Below, piece after piece: positions 1 through 10,806 of a stretch of 34,685 bases of DNA. The DNA is from Reclinomonas americana ATCC 50394 (taxonomy: Eukaryota). Both the position numbers and the translations under genes were made by a program. A model generated the notes under the pieces. It was given only the letters and a program-made list of their open reading frames with translations, ran no database searches and was not told the origin of the DNA. The stretch is from contig PS015043.1 of NCBI GenBank assembly GCA_048213135.1, positions 153,382 through 188,066 on the forward strand. Reading direction: 5' to 3'. Every line of letters starts with the position of its first letter. Positions within the stretch are counted from its first letter, which is position 1.

Positions 1-112
1 AACGTAACTATACGACGAACGAAGGTAGTCTCGTACGTACGACACACTACTTCTCGTCATTACTTACGTTAGTAGTATTACTCTATGTAGTCTACTCCTC
101 TCTCTCTCTCTC

Positions 113-152
<40 letters not shown>

Positions 153-351
153 TTGCTGATTCGCTGTCAATCTCCTACTGCTTGTCACTCTCTCTCTCTC
201 TCTTCATTCCTTCCCTCTCAAACCCACCTCTCACCATTGTGCTCTCGTTTCCAATCTGACACCAAGCGTCCTCCCCTATTCACTATGCCCCCTATCTCTC
301 TCCCTCTCCCTCTCCCCTCTCCTCTCTCCCTCTTCCTCCGCGCACACGCAC

Positions 352-979
352 CAGGATATGCGTCGGCCATGAACACCGTGATGAAGGGAGTCACCAAGTC
401 GTTGATGCCCTGCACGTAGCCACTGGCGGGATGCCGAATCGACCAAATGTACAATATCCTCTCCAGCAACTGAGTGGCAACAGATATCAGCAAGGGCGGA
501 CGATGACAGAAAGGGAGAGGCTGAAGGATAGCGAGGGAGAGAGTGACAGAAAGAGAGAGACACACATAGAGGGAGAAAGGGAGGGAGAGAGGGTGAGATA
601 CACACAGACAGAAACAGACAGACGGACGGACGGACGAATTGACAGACGTGTGCATGAGAGGTAGAGAGCACGAGAGAGAGACACACCCAAAGTGAAGAGA
701 CAGATATAGAGAAACGGACGACAGACAGACAGACAAAGTATGTGTCCGTGTGTGCGAGAGAGAGAGAGCACAAGAGAAAGAGCGAGAGAGAGACAGAAAG
801 TGAGAGAGAGACACACAGACAGAAATATGGAGAAAAAGAGAGAAATGCACACAGACATGCAGACAGACAGAAAGAGAGAGGAGCAGAGAGAGAGAGAGAG
901 AGAAACAGAAAGCAAGATACATAGACAGAACAGAGAGCCGGACGGACAGGGAGACAGAATGTGCGCGCGTATGCGCGAG

Positions 980-1027
<48 letters not shown>

Positions 1028-1798
1028 GCGACGAGACGAGAAGTNNNNNNNNNNNNNNNNNNNNNNNNNNNNNNNNNNNNNNNNNNNNNNNNNNNNNNNN
1101 NNNNNNNNNNNNNNNNNNNNNNNNNNNNNNNNNNNNNNNNNNNNNNNNNNNNNNNNNNNNNNNNNNNNNNNNNNNNNNNNNNNNNNNNNNNNNNNNNNNN
1201 NNNNNNNNNNNNNNNNNNNNNNNNNNNNNNNNNNNNNNNNNNNNNNNNNNNNNNNNNNNNNNNNNNNNNNNNNNNNNNNNNNNNNNNNNNNNNNNNNNNN
1301 NNNNNNNNNNNNNNNNNNNNNNNNNNNNNNNNNNNNNNNNNNNNNNNNNNNNNNNNNNNNNNNNNNNNNNNNNNNNNNNNNNNNNNNNNNNNNNNNNNNN
1401 NNNNNNNNNNNNNNNNNNNNNNNNNNNNNNNNNNNNNNNNNNNNNNNNNNNNNNNNNNNNNNNNNNNNNNNNNNNNNNNNNNNNNNNNNNNNNNNNNNNN
1501 NNNNNNGAGAGAGAGAGAGAGAGCGCACGAGACAGAAAGTGTGAGAGACACAAAGACTGAAACAGAGAAACGGGCGGACAGACAGACAGACAAGTGTGCG
1601 TGCGTGTATAAGAGAGAAGGAGATAAGAGAGATAGAGAGACAGCGGTGAGATACACACGGACAGAAACAGGGAGAAAGAGAGACAGCCATGCAGACAGAG
1701 TGAATGAGAGAGGAGCAGATAAAGAGAGAGAGAGAGAAACAGAGAGCCGGACAGACAGACATACAGAGTGCGTGTGTGCGTGTGTGCGCTGGCGCGAG

Positions 1799-1839
<41 letters not shown>

Positions 1840-4506
1840 GACAGAAGTGAGAGACACACATTCAGAAACGGAGAGACGGACGGACGGACAGACAGAGTGT
1901 GCGTGCGTGTAGAGAACAAATCGCGTGTGGGCGATACCTCTTGTACTTCCTTCACTTGGAAGAGCGGTACGTCGGGATTGGTGCGGGGAATGTCAATGTG
2001 AATCTGCGAAGAGTAGAGTGAGCGACAAGCATTCAGACTCAATCGCACATCTCTCCGCTCTGCATATTGTGCGTCGCGAGGACAATTGCTACATCTGACC
2101 ACACACACTGAGATCTCTGCTCCTCTTCACTCTGCTGTGTCCCACGCTCACTTCCCTATCTCTCCACAGAGATGACTATCTGGTCTTCGGACCAGCGCCA
2201 CGACAAATCACTCTTCTCTTTTCGTCATTCTCCTCTCAACCCCCACTCTCCCCGCGCACAGACCCACCCACACCGCCAAGCACGCCGGCTCCTCATACTA
2301 CACCGATCCACTCTTCTTCCGCTCGGGCGAGATCCGAGCAGCCATGGATCTGCACGCCTTACGGAAACGCGCGCGCTCTCTCTCTTGGCTTCCTGCTATC
2401 TTCGCAACACAAGCTTGCAGAAGGCAGCAAACACCGCGAAACCAATCCCGCACGAAGTGCGCACCACGCACAACGGCCTGACCCTTCTTTCCCCTTCTCT
2501 TCCTCTCCCCCGCTCACCTGCTTGTAAATAGCCTCCTCGTAATCATTGCGGGTGGCCGAGAAATACGTGGGCACCATCGTCAGGTACTCTTGTCGCTTCC
2601 GGTGCAGCGTGGACGCGCGGCTTTCCTCGGGACACGGCAGGTAATTCTGCACGGCATCCACATGTGCATTAGCAACTGCCAAAGATGATGGAGAAAAAAA
2701 CACGCAACAGCCAGCAGCTTCCATGAGAGCGCCCTGACGCGCACCGGAATACCCGTCCAGCTGGCCGTCCTCAATTTCTCTGCACCACCCGATAGGTTGA
2801 GGAGTGGGAAGCAGAAGAGATAGAGAGTGAGAAATGATGCGCACCGAGATCGACATTGGGGGCCGCGAGAATTCTGTCAAAGCGCTCTCCCTTGGTCTCC
2901 AGTGGGTCGTGTGGTGGTCGGTGTCGGGAGAGGCGGACGGGACCGCGCGGGGCGGAGGAGGAGGAGCTCTCCCCAGAGGATGAAATGGTGAGGGTGGCGG
3001 AGGAGGAGGCGGGGTCTGAAGGGGGGAAGAAGGGGGAAGGGGAAGGGGGGAGAAGGGGGAAGGGGAAGGGGGAGGGGGTAAGGGGGATGAAAGGGGACGG
3101 GGGATGAAAAGGAGAAGGGGAAAGGGGCAAGGGTTAGAGGAAGAAAGCGCGGGATAAAGCACAACAGATTGCGCAAAGAAACGGAGCACGAAGAAGAATA
3201 GTCAAGGAGAAAGATGGGGGAGGGACAACGAGGAACGATGTGAATGATGATAATGCTGAGGCGGAAGGGAAGAGGAATTGCAATTATAGAGCGAGAGATA
3301 CACGGNNNNNNNNNNNNNNNNNNNNNNNNNNNNNNNNNNNNNNNNNNNNNNNNNNNNNNNNNNNNNNNNNNNAGGGATGAGAAGGGGAAGAGCAGGGGGA
3401 AGAGCAAAGGGGAATGAGCAAGGCGGAAGAGCAACGGGGGAGAGCAAGGGGAAGAGCAAGGGGGAAGAGAAGGGAGAAAAGAGGGGAGAGACNNNNNNNN
3501 NNNNNNNNNNNNNNNNNNNNNNNNNNNNNNNNNNNNNNNNNNNNNNNNNNNNNNNNNNNNNNNNNNNNNNNNNNNNNNNNNNNNNNNNNNNNNNNNNNNN
3601 NNNNNNNNNNNNNNNNNNNNNNNNNNNNNNNNNNNNNNNNNNNNNNNNNNNNNNNNNNNNNNNNNNNNNNNNNNNNNNNNTAGGAAGAAAGGGAAGTGAG
3701 GGCAGAGGGGGTGGAATAGAGGGAACAGAAGGGGAGATAAGGGGAGAGAGAAGTGGAAGAAAACGGGAAAGAGAGAGAGGTGAGAGACAAGGTGAGAGAC
3801 AAGGGGAGACAAGGGGAAGACAAGGGGAAGACAAGGGGAAGACAAGGGGAAGACAAGGGGAAGACAAACTGGGAAGGCAAATGGGGAAGGCAAAGGAGGA
3901 CGAAGGGGGAAGACGATGGGGGGGGGGGAGGCAGGGGGGAGGAGCAAGGGGAAGAGAAGGGGGGAGAGCAAGGCGGAAGGGGAGGAGCAAGGGGTAAAGG
4001 AGAGAGAAAGTGAGGTGATGGGAAGGCCGAAGCTGCGGAGACACTGAACAAGAGAACAACAAGACGACAGCAATTACGTGACGACCACAGTCAAAGACTG
4101 ATCACGGGAATGCAACAACAAGAAAAAACGTCAACGATGGCACACATCACGAAAAAACATACGAGAAGGAGAGCGAGACAGCGAAACAATTCTCAATCAG
4201 CTTTCCTTCCCCTCGTCCCTGCCCTTCATCTCACCAGTCGCCGCTGCACTCGCTGCAGGCACTGCCACGGCCGCCGGTGCCACTGCATCCGCCGCCTCGG
4301 CAGTCGCATGACTGCTCGGTCCAATCGCTGCGGTTGGCTCGTCAGCACGACGATCACGAAGCACGACAAAGAGAGCGGAGACTCACCACTTGCGCTGAGG
4401 ACGCTGAGAGAAGCAAGCACACAAAAACGAGTCAGCTCACAATTCACGCGTGAATGAGCAACGCGTCACCAATAGTGATCACTCTTTCTGCTTCTTTCTC
4501 TCTCCC

Positions 4507-4579
<73 letters not shown>

Positions 4580-4935
4580 TNNNNNNNNNNNNNNNNNNNN
4601 NNNNNNNNNNNNNNNNNNNNNNNNNNNNNNNNNNNNNNNNNNNNNNNNNNNNNNNNNNNNNNNNNNNNNNNNNNNNNNNNNNNNNNNNNNNNNNNNNNNN
4701 NNNNNNNNNNNNNNNNNNNNNNNNNNNNNNNNNNNNNNNNNNNNNNNNNNNNNNNNNNNNNNNNNNNNNNNNNNNNNNNNNNNNNNNNNNNNNNNNNNNN
4801 NNNNNNNNNNNNNNNNNNNNNNNNNNNNNNNNNNNNNNNNNNNNNNNNNNNNNNNNNNNNNNNNNNNNNNNNNNNNNNNNNNNNNNNNNNNNNNNNNNNN
4901 NNNNNNNNNNNNNNNNNNNNNNNCGTCGTCGTCTC

Positions 4936-5005
<70 letters not shown>

Positions 5006-5412
5006 GCACGTGTGTGTGAGAGCGCACTTCTCACTCACACGCGGTGGACATCTCCCTCTTCTCCCTCCCACTCTCACCGCTCTCCCCTCCCCTCATCCCT
5101 CCCCGCCTCTCCACACACACACTCACACACTCACCTCTCCACCTCCCTCTTCTGCTGCACTGCTGCAGCAGCAGCAGGCGCCGCCGCACTCCTCGCATGC
5201 AAGTGCTGCCCGGCCGCCACCGCCGCACCCGCCGCAGCTGATGCACCAGAGCTGCCACTATGCCGGTGGTGATGCAGCTGCTGTTGCTGCTGTTGTGATG
5301 CAGTGGAGGCAGAGGGGGGCACACGCGCGGGAGATGCCGCGCCACTGGACGACGCACCGCCGGGCATCGAGCGCGCTTGGAACTTGGCGGCGAGACTGTC
5401 TCGCGCGGCCAT
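352..5412 (-). CDS. TBC1D22: TBC-domain Rab GTPase-activating protein, TBC1D22/Gyp1 type; 3' end lies outside the window. Exons: 5412-5135, 4403-4387, 4327-4235, 3015-2845, 2779-2709, 2646-2518, 2003-1938, 469-352
   Basis: Splicing in frame at GT..AG gives ...PNVDLEKLRTASWTGIPVRVRALSWKLLANYLP...KQIHIDIPRTNP...LLERILYIWSIRHPASGYVQGINDLVTPF. This contains the TBC arginine-finger (IxxDxxR) and glutamine-finger (YxQ) motifs in a TBC1D22/Gyp1-like context. All intron phases are compatible. The low-complexity N-terminal exons are less certain, and exons could hide in gaps. Confidence 0.9.
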
Positions 5413-5818
5413 TGTTGTGTTGACTGTGTGTGAGGGAGGCAGGGAGATCAACGAAAGCGCGTGACAAGTGTCTCGTGGTTGGTCGGTTGGAATGATCGAT
5501 CAATCGATGTCTGGCTTGTGCAAGTTGGCGATCAGCAGGGAACAGACGCGTACGAGTGGCGCCGACGAGAGAAAGTCGAATACTCGACGCTGGCTTGATT
5601 GAAAACCTGCAGCCGAATTCGAATTCGAAATGATCGCGATCGCTAGAGCTCCGGATCCGGAATGCAGGCGCTGGACTGAGAGGCGAGTAGAGAAGAAGAA
5701 TGTTCCTCACAGCCTTGGAAGCTGTTCAGAAACGGAGGAACACTTGCCGCACAGGCGTTCGATTTCGTTCGATATCGGTTTTGCGTATGAAAAACGAAGC
5801 CGTAACTGCTGATCGGCA

Positions 5819-5894
5819 TTGATGTTTTGGATACGGTTGACTTGGTCATCAAGACAGCTGTTGCTTGTTTGTTGGTGAATGAATTGTTGTTGTT
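5819..5894. repeat. Left arm of a ~77-bp inverted repeat (partner at 7975-8051)
   Basis: Its reverse complement aligns to 7975-8051 with about 7 substitutions and 1 indel by eye; shared core TGTCTTGATGACCAAGTC(C)AACCGTATCCAAAACATCAA. Confidence 0.85.
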
Positions 5895-6479
5895 GGAAAC
5901 CGGCATCGTCGAGACGCGCTAAGGGCGGTACGAGCGCTGCAAGAAGTTGTGCAGCAGGAAGCTCTTTTGCTTGCAGAAACGCAACTGTTCGATATCGTCC
6001 GTCACTCGCGATCAGCTCAAGTTGGGGGTCGACTTGCAAACCGGCTTCACATGCACTGAGGTGCGCTGAAGAGAGTGCTTTCGGGCTACAAGATGCTGTG
6101 CAGCTACTGGCGCTGTCGCGTGCAGAAACGCAGGTCGCTTCGACTTTGTTACGAATTCGAACACTTGCAATTGACCAGTTTTGTGCTCCTTCCGACTTTG
6201 GACGCCAACACCCTCGCTGCGTTTGTGCATTCGTGTGGAGCCCAGCTTGTCTCGCGATCGTGCTCTGGTCTCTCTTGCATGCGCTGCGCAGGACAGATCA
6301 AGACTTCGATATCGATATATATCGCGATCAATGCGCTGCGCGCAGTGCGATCAGCTTCCACACTTCTTGTTTCTGGGCTGTCTCCGTTTCCGGTGCTCGC
6401 TCACGGTGCTGCTCCTGCAACAACCAGCCACGCTGTTACTTTTGTTGAGCGAGCGCGTCCTGTCAAATCCCCTACACCC

Positions 6480-7649
6480 ATGTTCCTGCGCCAACCAAAC
6501 ATCCACTCCACCGACTCCTCCTCCGCCCCACTCACGTGCGTCGCCGTGTCGCCCGACGGACAGCATGTGGCGAGCGGAGGCCGCGACCACACCGTGCGAG
6601 TGTGGTCACTGGCGAGTGGGCGCGAGGTGCAGCGACTGGTCGGGCACCAGTCGCCAGTGACGTGTGTGGCCTTCATGGCCTGCAATGGAGGTGTGGTCAG
6701 CGCGAGTGCCGACGCCACGGTGCGCGTGTGGTCGCAGGGACAACAGGTGCAGCTGCTGGAGGGGCACTGTGAGTGGGTGGCGTCGGTGGCGACTCTGTGT
6801 GAGGAAGAGAATGGGCGCCTGGTGGTGAGCGGCGGTTCGGATCGGACGGTGCGGGTGTGGTCGGCGGAGAGTGGCACGCAGGTGCATCGGTTGACGGGGC
6901 ACGCGGGCGTGGTGTGGTCGGTGGCGCTGACGCCGGTGCACATTGTCAGCGGGAGCGAGGACAAGACGGTGCGAGTGTGGTCGGTGGAGAGTGGGTGTGA
7001 GGTGTGGTGCTTGGAGGGTGCGCATGATCGCGCGGTCAGGTCGGTCGTGTTCACGCCCGACGCGCTTCACATTGTGAGCGGCGGATTCGACATGATGGTG
7101 CGCGTGTGGTCCATGGCGACGGGCGAGGAGGTGCGGCGGTTGGCGGGGCACGAAGATGGGGTGTATGCGATCGCCATCACGGCTGACGGGGGGCGTGTGG
7201 TGAGCGCGAGTTGGGACGGCGCGGTGTGCGTGTGGTCGATGGAGAGTGGCGAGCGAGTGCAGCAGGTGGAGGGTCACCGCGACGGTGAATTCTCCGTGGC
7301 CTGCACTCGCGACGGGCAGCACATTGTCAGTGTCGGAAACGACGAGAATGTGCGCGTGTGGTCCACGCCGGGTGGTCTCGCGCGGTGGGAGCTCGACGAT
7401 GCGCGGTTGGCGGTGCGGGGTGTGAGGGAGGTGATGCAGAAAAAGGGGGAGGAGGAGGGGGAGGGGGAGGAGGGGGAGGAGGGGGAGGGGGAAGAGGGAG
7501 AGGAGGGGGAGAAGGAGAAGGAAGTGGAGAAGAAGAATAAGGAGGTGGAGGACGAGGAGGCGACGGAGGAGCGCTGCTTGGTGGAGATTGTGCTGCGCTG
7601 TTTCATCGTCGAAGAGGCCAAGGTTGTGCTGCGGAGGTGCTTCGGATGA
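6480..7649 (+). CDS. Intronless 7-repeat WD40 beta-propeller protein with acidic insert and conserved C-terminal tail (WD40-A)
   Basis: Seven GH...VSGxxDxTVRVW repeats in ORF 6075..7649. The ATG at 6480 sits just before repeat 1. Tail: ELDDARLAVRGVREV...ERCLVEIVLRCFIVEEAKVVL. Confidence 0.88.
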   Translation: MFLRQPNIHSTDSSSAPLTCVAVSPDGQHVASGGRDHTVRVWSLASGREVQRLVGHQSPVTCVAFMACNGGVVSASADATVRVWSQGQQVQLLEGHCEWVASVATLCEEENGRLVVSGGSDRTVRVWSAESGTQVHRLTGHAGVVWSVALTPVHIVSGSEDKTVRVWSVESGCEVWCLEGAHDRAVRSVVFTPDALHIVSGGFDMMVRVWSMATGEEVRRLAGHEDGVYAIAITADGGRVVSASWDGAVCVWSMESGERVQQVEGHRDGEFSVACTRDGQHIVSVGNDENVRVWSTPGGLARWELDDARLAVRGVREVMQKKGEEEGEGEEGEEGEGEEGEEGEKEKEVEKKNKEVEDEEATEERCLVEIVLRCFIVEEAKVVLRRCFG

Positions 7650-7974
7650 GAGAGTGGGAGAGAGGCGAGTCGGGCGTTGACGTTAAGCGCCGTAGGCGGT
7701 GATGTTGATGAGTTTATCGGCGACGGTGTGTACATGGCCAACTGGCAAATGAATGTGACTGGAATTGTTGGGGGCAGCGGTCAACTTGTGAGCGGCGACA
7801 GTATCGTGTGCGCTGTCGGATCGCAGATAGAAGGGAGGTTCGTAGGTGTAGTCTTCGCTTGTAAGCCACTGCACCACGTCATTAATGCAGATGCACCGCA
7901 ATGTCAATGGCCTTAACTCAATAATGCCGTATGCGATCACAGAAATGGCCATGGTTGAGAGTCTGTGCAACGCA

Positions 7975-8051
7975 AACAACAACAGCTTGTTCACCAACAA
8001 GAAAGCAACAGATGTCTTGATGACCAAGTCCAACCGTATCCAAAACATCAA
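7975..8051. repeat. Right arm of the ~77-bp inverted repeat (partner at 5819-5894)
   Basis: Direct sequence comparison with the reverse complement of 5819-5894. Confidence 0.85.
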
Positions 8052-8366
8052 CACAAACACCAGCTGTCTTGAGGCAGCAGCAGGTTCCTTGTGTGTGTGT
8101 TCGCTCTCGCGGCTCCGAAACAAGTCGAGAACTGCGATTTTCACCGCATAAGCGTGGTTGACCAGTGGATTTGACGCGCTTGCATAGACGCGACTCACTG
8201 CGATCGCCGTCGTACACGGCATCCCTGCTGTCGTCGTGATCATGAAGACTGCTGTTGCGTTGACTTTTCGAACACGTCGGACTGGCGTCAAGTTGAACGA
8301 CTTTGTTGCCATTGCAAAGATCGACTTGCATGCATCGTCATCCACANNNNNNNNNNNNNNNNNNNN

Positions 8367-8665
8367 CTGAAGAGACGCACTCGGCGACCGTCCACCAGTG
8401 GCCACACGCGCACGCCCGCATCGCTGCATCCGCATGCCACGTATCGCCCGTCCGCGGACACTGCCACGCTTCGCATGGAGACTCCGCACGATCGACCGCC
8501 GAGCCAGCGCACCTCCTCGTTATGTAGCAGGGAGTACATGCGCAGGTGGCCGTAGTCGTCGGCGCTGATGACGTGCTGGCCGTCGGGGGTGACGGCGACC
8601 GACCACACAAAGGTGCGGTGCTTCGGGTGCATTTGTTTGCAGGTGTGGGGGGAGGAGGAGAACAT
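8367..8665 (-). CDS. WD40 repeat protein fragment (WD40-B), two repeats visible, cut by an N gap; may be a pseudogene
   Basis: MFSS...PKHRTFVWSVAVTPDGQHVISADDYGHLRMYSL...RSVAVSADGRYVACGCSDAGVRVW. No WD40 sequence resumes after the gap at 8347-8366. Confidence 0.65.
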
Positions 8666-8816
8666 CCAGAAGGGGAAGGGAAGAGGGAGGAGGGGGGGGG
8701 GGGGGGGGGAAGGAAGGGAGTGCGTGCGTGTGTTCGGAAAAAATGAAATGAGCTGCTGGACAACAGGCGACGGAAAAAAGTTGTCACGTGGCGCCAATCA
8801 AACAAGCCAAGCCAGG

Positions 8817-9779
8817 ATGAGTGCCANNNNNNNNNNNNNNNNNNNNNNNNNNNNNNNNNNNNNNNNNNNNNNNNNNNNNNNNNNNNNNNNNNNNNNNNNN
8901 NNNNNNNNNNNNNNNNNNNNNNNNNNNNNNNNNNNNNNNNNNNNNNNNNNNNNNNNNNNNNNNNNNNNNNNNNNNNNTGGACACACGCATGCGGTGAATG
9001 CCGTCGCCTTCACGCCCGACAGTCGCCACGTGGTGAGTGGCAGTCACGATGAAACAGTGGTGGTGTGGTCGGTGGAGAGCGGAGCAGTCGTGCGGCGACT
9101 GGAGGGACACACGAGTGGTGTGCTGGCGGTGGCGGTGGCCCCCGACGGCCGCCACATTGTCAGCGGGAGTGGAGACAATGAGCGCGCGGTGCGAGTGTGG
9201 TCGGTGGAGAGTGGCGCACTGGAGCGGCAGCTGCCAAAGCACCTCACTCGTGTCACCTCGGTGGCCGTCACTCGCGACAGTGAGTTTGTGTTGAGTGGCG
9301 CCGACGATGGCGAGTTGCGCATGTATTCGCTGGCGCGGGGCGACATTGTGCGGCGATTCGAGGGGCACACCGGGCGAGTCATGTCGCTGGCGATGGCAGT
9401 GGACGGTGCGCACATGGTGAGTGGCAGTGGCGACAAGACCATTCGCGTGTGGTCGCTGGCGACGGGAGAGGAGACGCGACGGGTGGTGGAGCACCAGTCG
9501 GAGGTGTATTCCGTGGCCGTCACGGTGGACGGGGAGCGCGTTGTGAGTGGCAGCTGGGACAAGACGGTGCGGGTGTGGTACGTGCCGTGTGCGCGCACGC
9601 AGCATGAGCTCGATTGTGCGCGCTCGGCCTTGCGGGCGGTGAGGGAGATGCAGGCGGAGAAGGAGGAGGACAAAGTGGAGCGGCGGTGTCTGGTGGAGAT
9701 TGTGCTGCGGTGCTTTATTGTGGAGGAGGCGGAGGTGGTGCTGCATCGGAGGCGCAGTGATCCGACGTTTCATTTTTGA
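8817..9779 (+). CDS. WD40 repeat protein (WD40-C) with the conserved C-terminal tail; 5' part obscured by a gap, start uncertain
   Basis: Five WD40 repeats are visible after the gap (from 8978). Tail: ELDCARSALRAVREMQA...ERRCLVEIVLRCFIVEEAEVVLHR. The ATG at 8817 is tentative. Confidence 0.85.
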   Translation: MSAXXXXXXXXXXXXXXXXXXXXXXXXXXXXXXXXXXXXXXXXXXXXXXXXXXXGHTHAVNAVAFTPDSRHVVSGSHDETVVVWSVESGAVVRRLEGHTSGVLAVAVAPDGRHIVSGSGDNERAVRVWSVESGALERQLPKHLTRVTSVAVTRDSEFVLSGADDGELRMYSLARGDIVRRFEGHTGRVMSLAMAVDGAHMVSGSGDKTIRVWSLATGEETRRVVEHQSEVYSVAVTVDGERVVSGSWDKTVRVWYVPCARTQHELDCARSALRAVREMQAEKEEDKVERRCLVEIVLRCFIVEEAEVVLHRRRSDPTFHF

Positions 9780-10386
9780 GCTCAAGGGGAAGGGATTCCG
9801 AGGAGAGGGTATCTTGGACACCAAGGGTGCTTTTACCTGCCGCCAGCGAGTCGGCGTTGAATGTTGCCTGTCATTTTGGTCAAGTGCCTGTCTTCCTGGC
9901 CCGAGAGTGAGAGATCATGTGCGAGAGAGGTCGCAGTGAGTGTTGCTGGTCAAGTGCCTGCGTTTCAGGTGGAGTCAGCATGTTGCTTTTCTTTTTTGCC
10001 AAGTGTCTGTCTTCTTCGCACCAGAGTGTGAGATGCGCTGTCGCAACGCGTCCATCCTCCCTTTTGTGCATGTGAGCAGGCAGAGAATGAGCTGTGTATG
10101 TTGCCTGTTTTTTCCCGTCAAGTGCCTGACACGAGAGAGTGAGTGAGTGCGCGTTCGCAGTGCATGTTGCCTGTCTTTTGCCGTGCTCTTCTTCATGTCA
10201 CAGCCAGGGAGCACAGTGCGTGTTTATTGTCTTTTTGTCACGTGCAATGGCACCAGTGAGTGAGCGAGACATCGTACTGTGCTTCTGCACCGTCGAAGAA
10301 GCACTGGTGCGCAATGGGCCGTCTCAGTTTCTGGTGATGGATATCGCATGCAGCTGCGTCAACGTTGCTGCGTTTGATAATTAAAC

Positions 10387-10422
<36 letters not shown>
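10387..10422. repeat. (GTT)n microsatellite
   Basis: Perfect ttg/gtt run visible in the sequence. Confidence 0.9.
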
Positions 10423-10806
10423 TATCGCATGCAACACGCTGCGAGAGCCCTGCACCACTTCGGAGGGCCGACTGCAAGCATTTCAATGGCCATGCTGCTA
10501 TTTTACGGCCAAGCGCCTGCCTACTTGGTGCAACCAGTGAGTGTGGGAGCAGTCGCAGTGCGCGCCTTCGTCTCTCCACCAAGCGCCTGCCTTTTCTGCA
10601 CTGCTGACGAGCATTTCTTCGACGTCAACGTCAAAGACAAGTGCTTCATGTTCATTTCCCGCATGCCTTCATGCATGCAACACGGTATGCAAGTAGCCCT
10701 CAACCACTCCTTCTTGTGACGACACGCAGAGTGGCACCTTCCCTTCACCAACGCTCGAGAGGACATCAATATCCCGCCTTCTCCTTCTCCTCCTCCCCTC
10801 TCTGCA

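Noticed and set aside
1-95. Odd ACGT/TAG-rich sequence at the window start, and similar GACGACGAG/GTAGT tails next to gaps
   Set aside because: Looks like low-quality read ends beside microsatellites and gaps rather than biology.
218-5423. Long ORFs of SLSLSL/ERERER/X (also 11915-15320, 26740-27869, 29521-31577)
   Set aside because: They are translations of dinucleotide repeats and N gaps in introns. Only the short embedded exons are real.
6075-6479. 135-aa N-terminal extension of WD40-A in the ORF track
   Set aside because: It starts at a non-ATG codon, and paralogue WD40-D starts just before blade 1. The ATG at 6480 is more plausible.
7918-8331. VDVLDTVGLG resembling a GTPase G3 (DxxG) motif
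   Set aside because: No P-loop or G4 motif is present, and the other repeat arm has an indel that breaks this frame.
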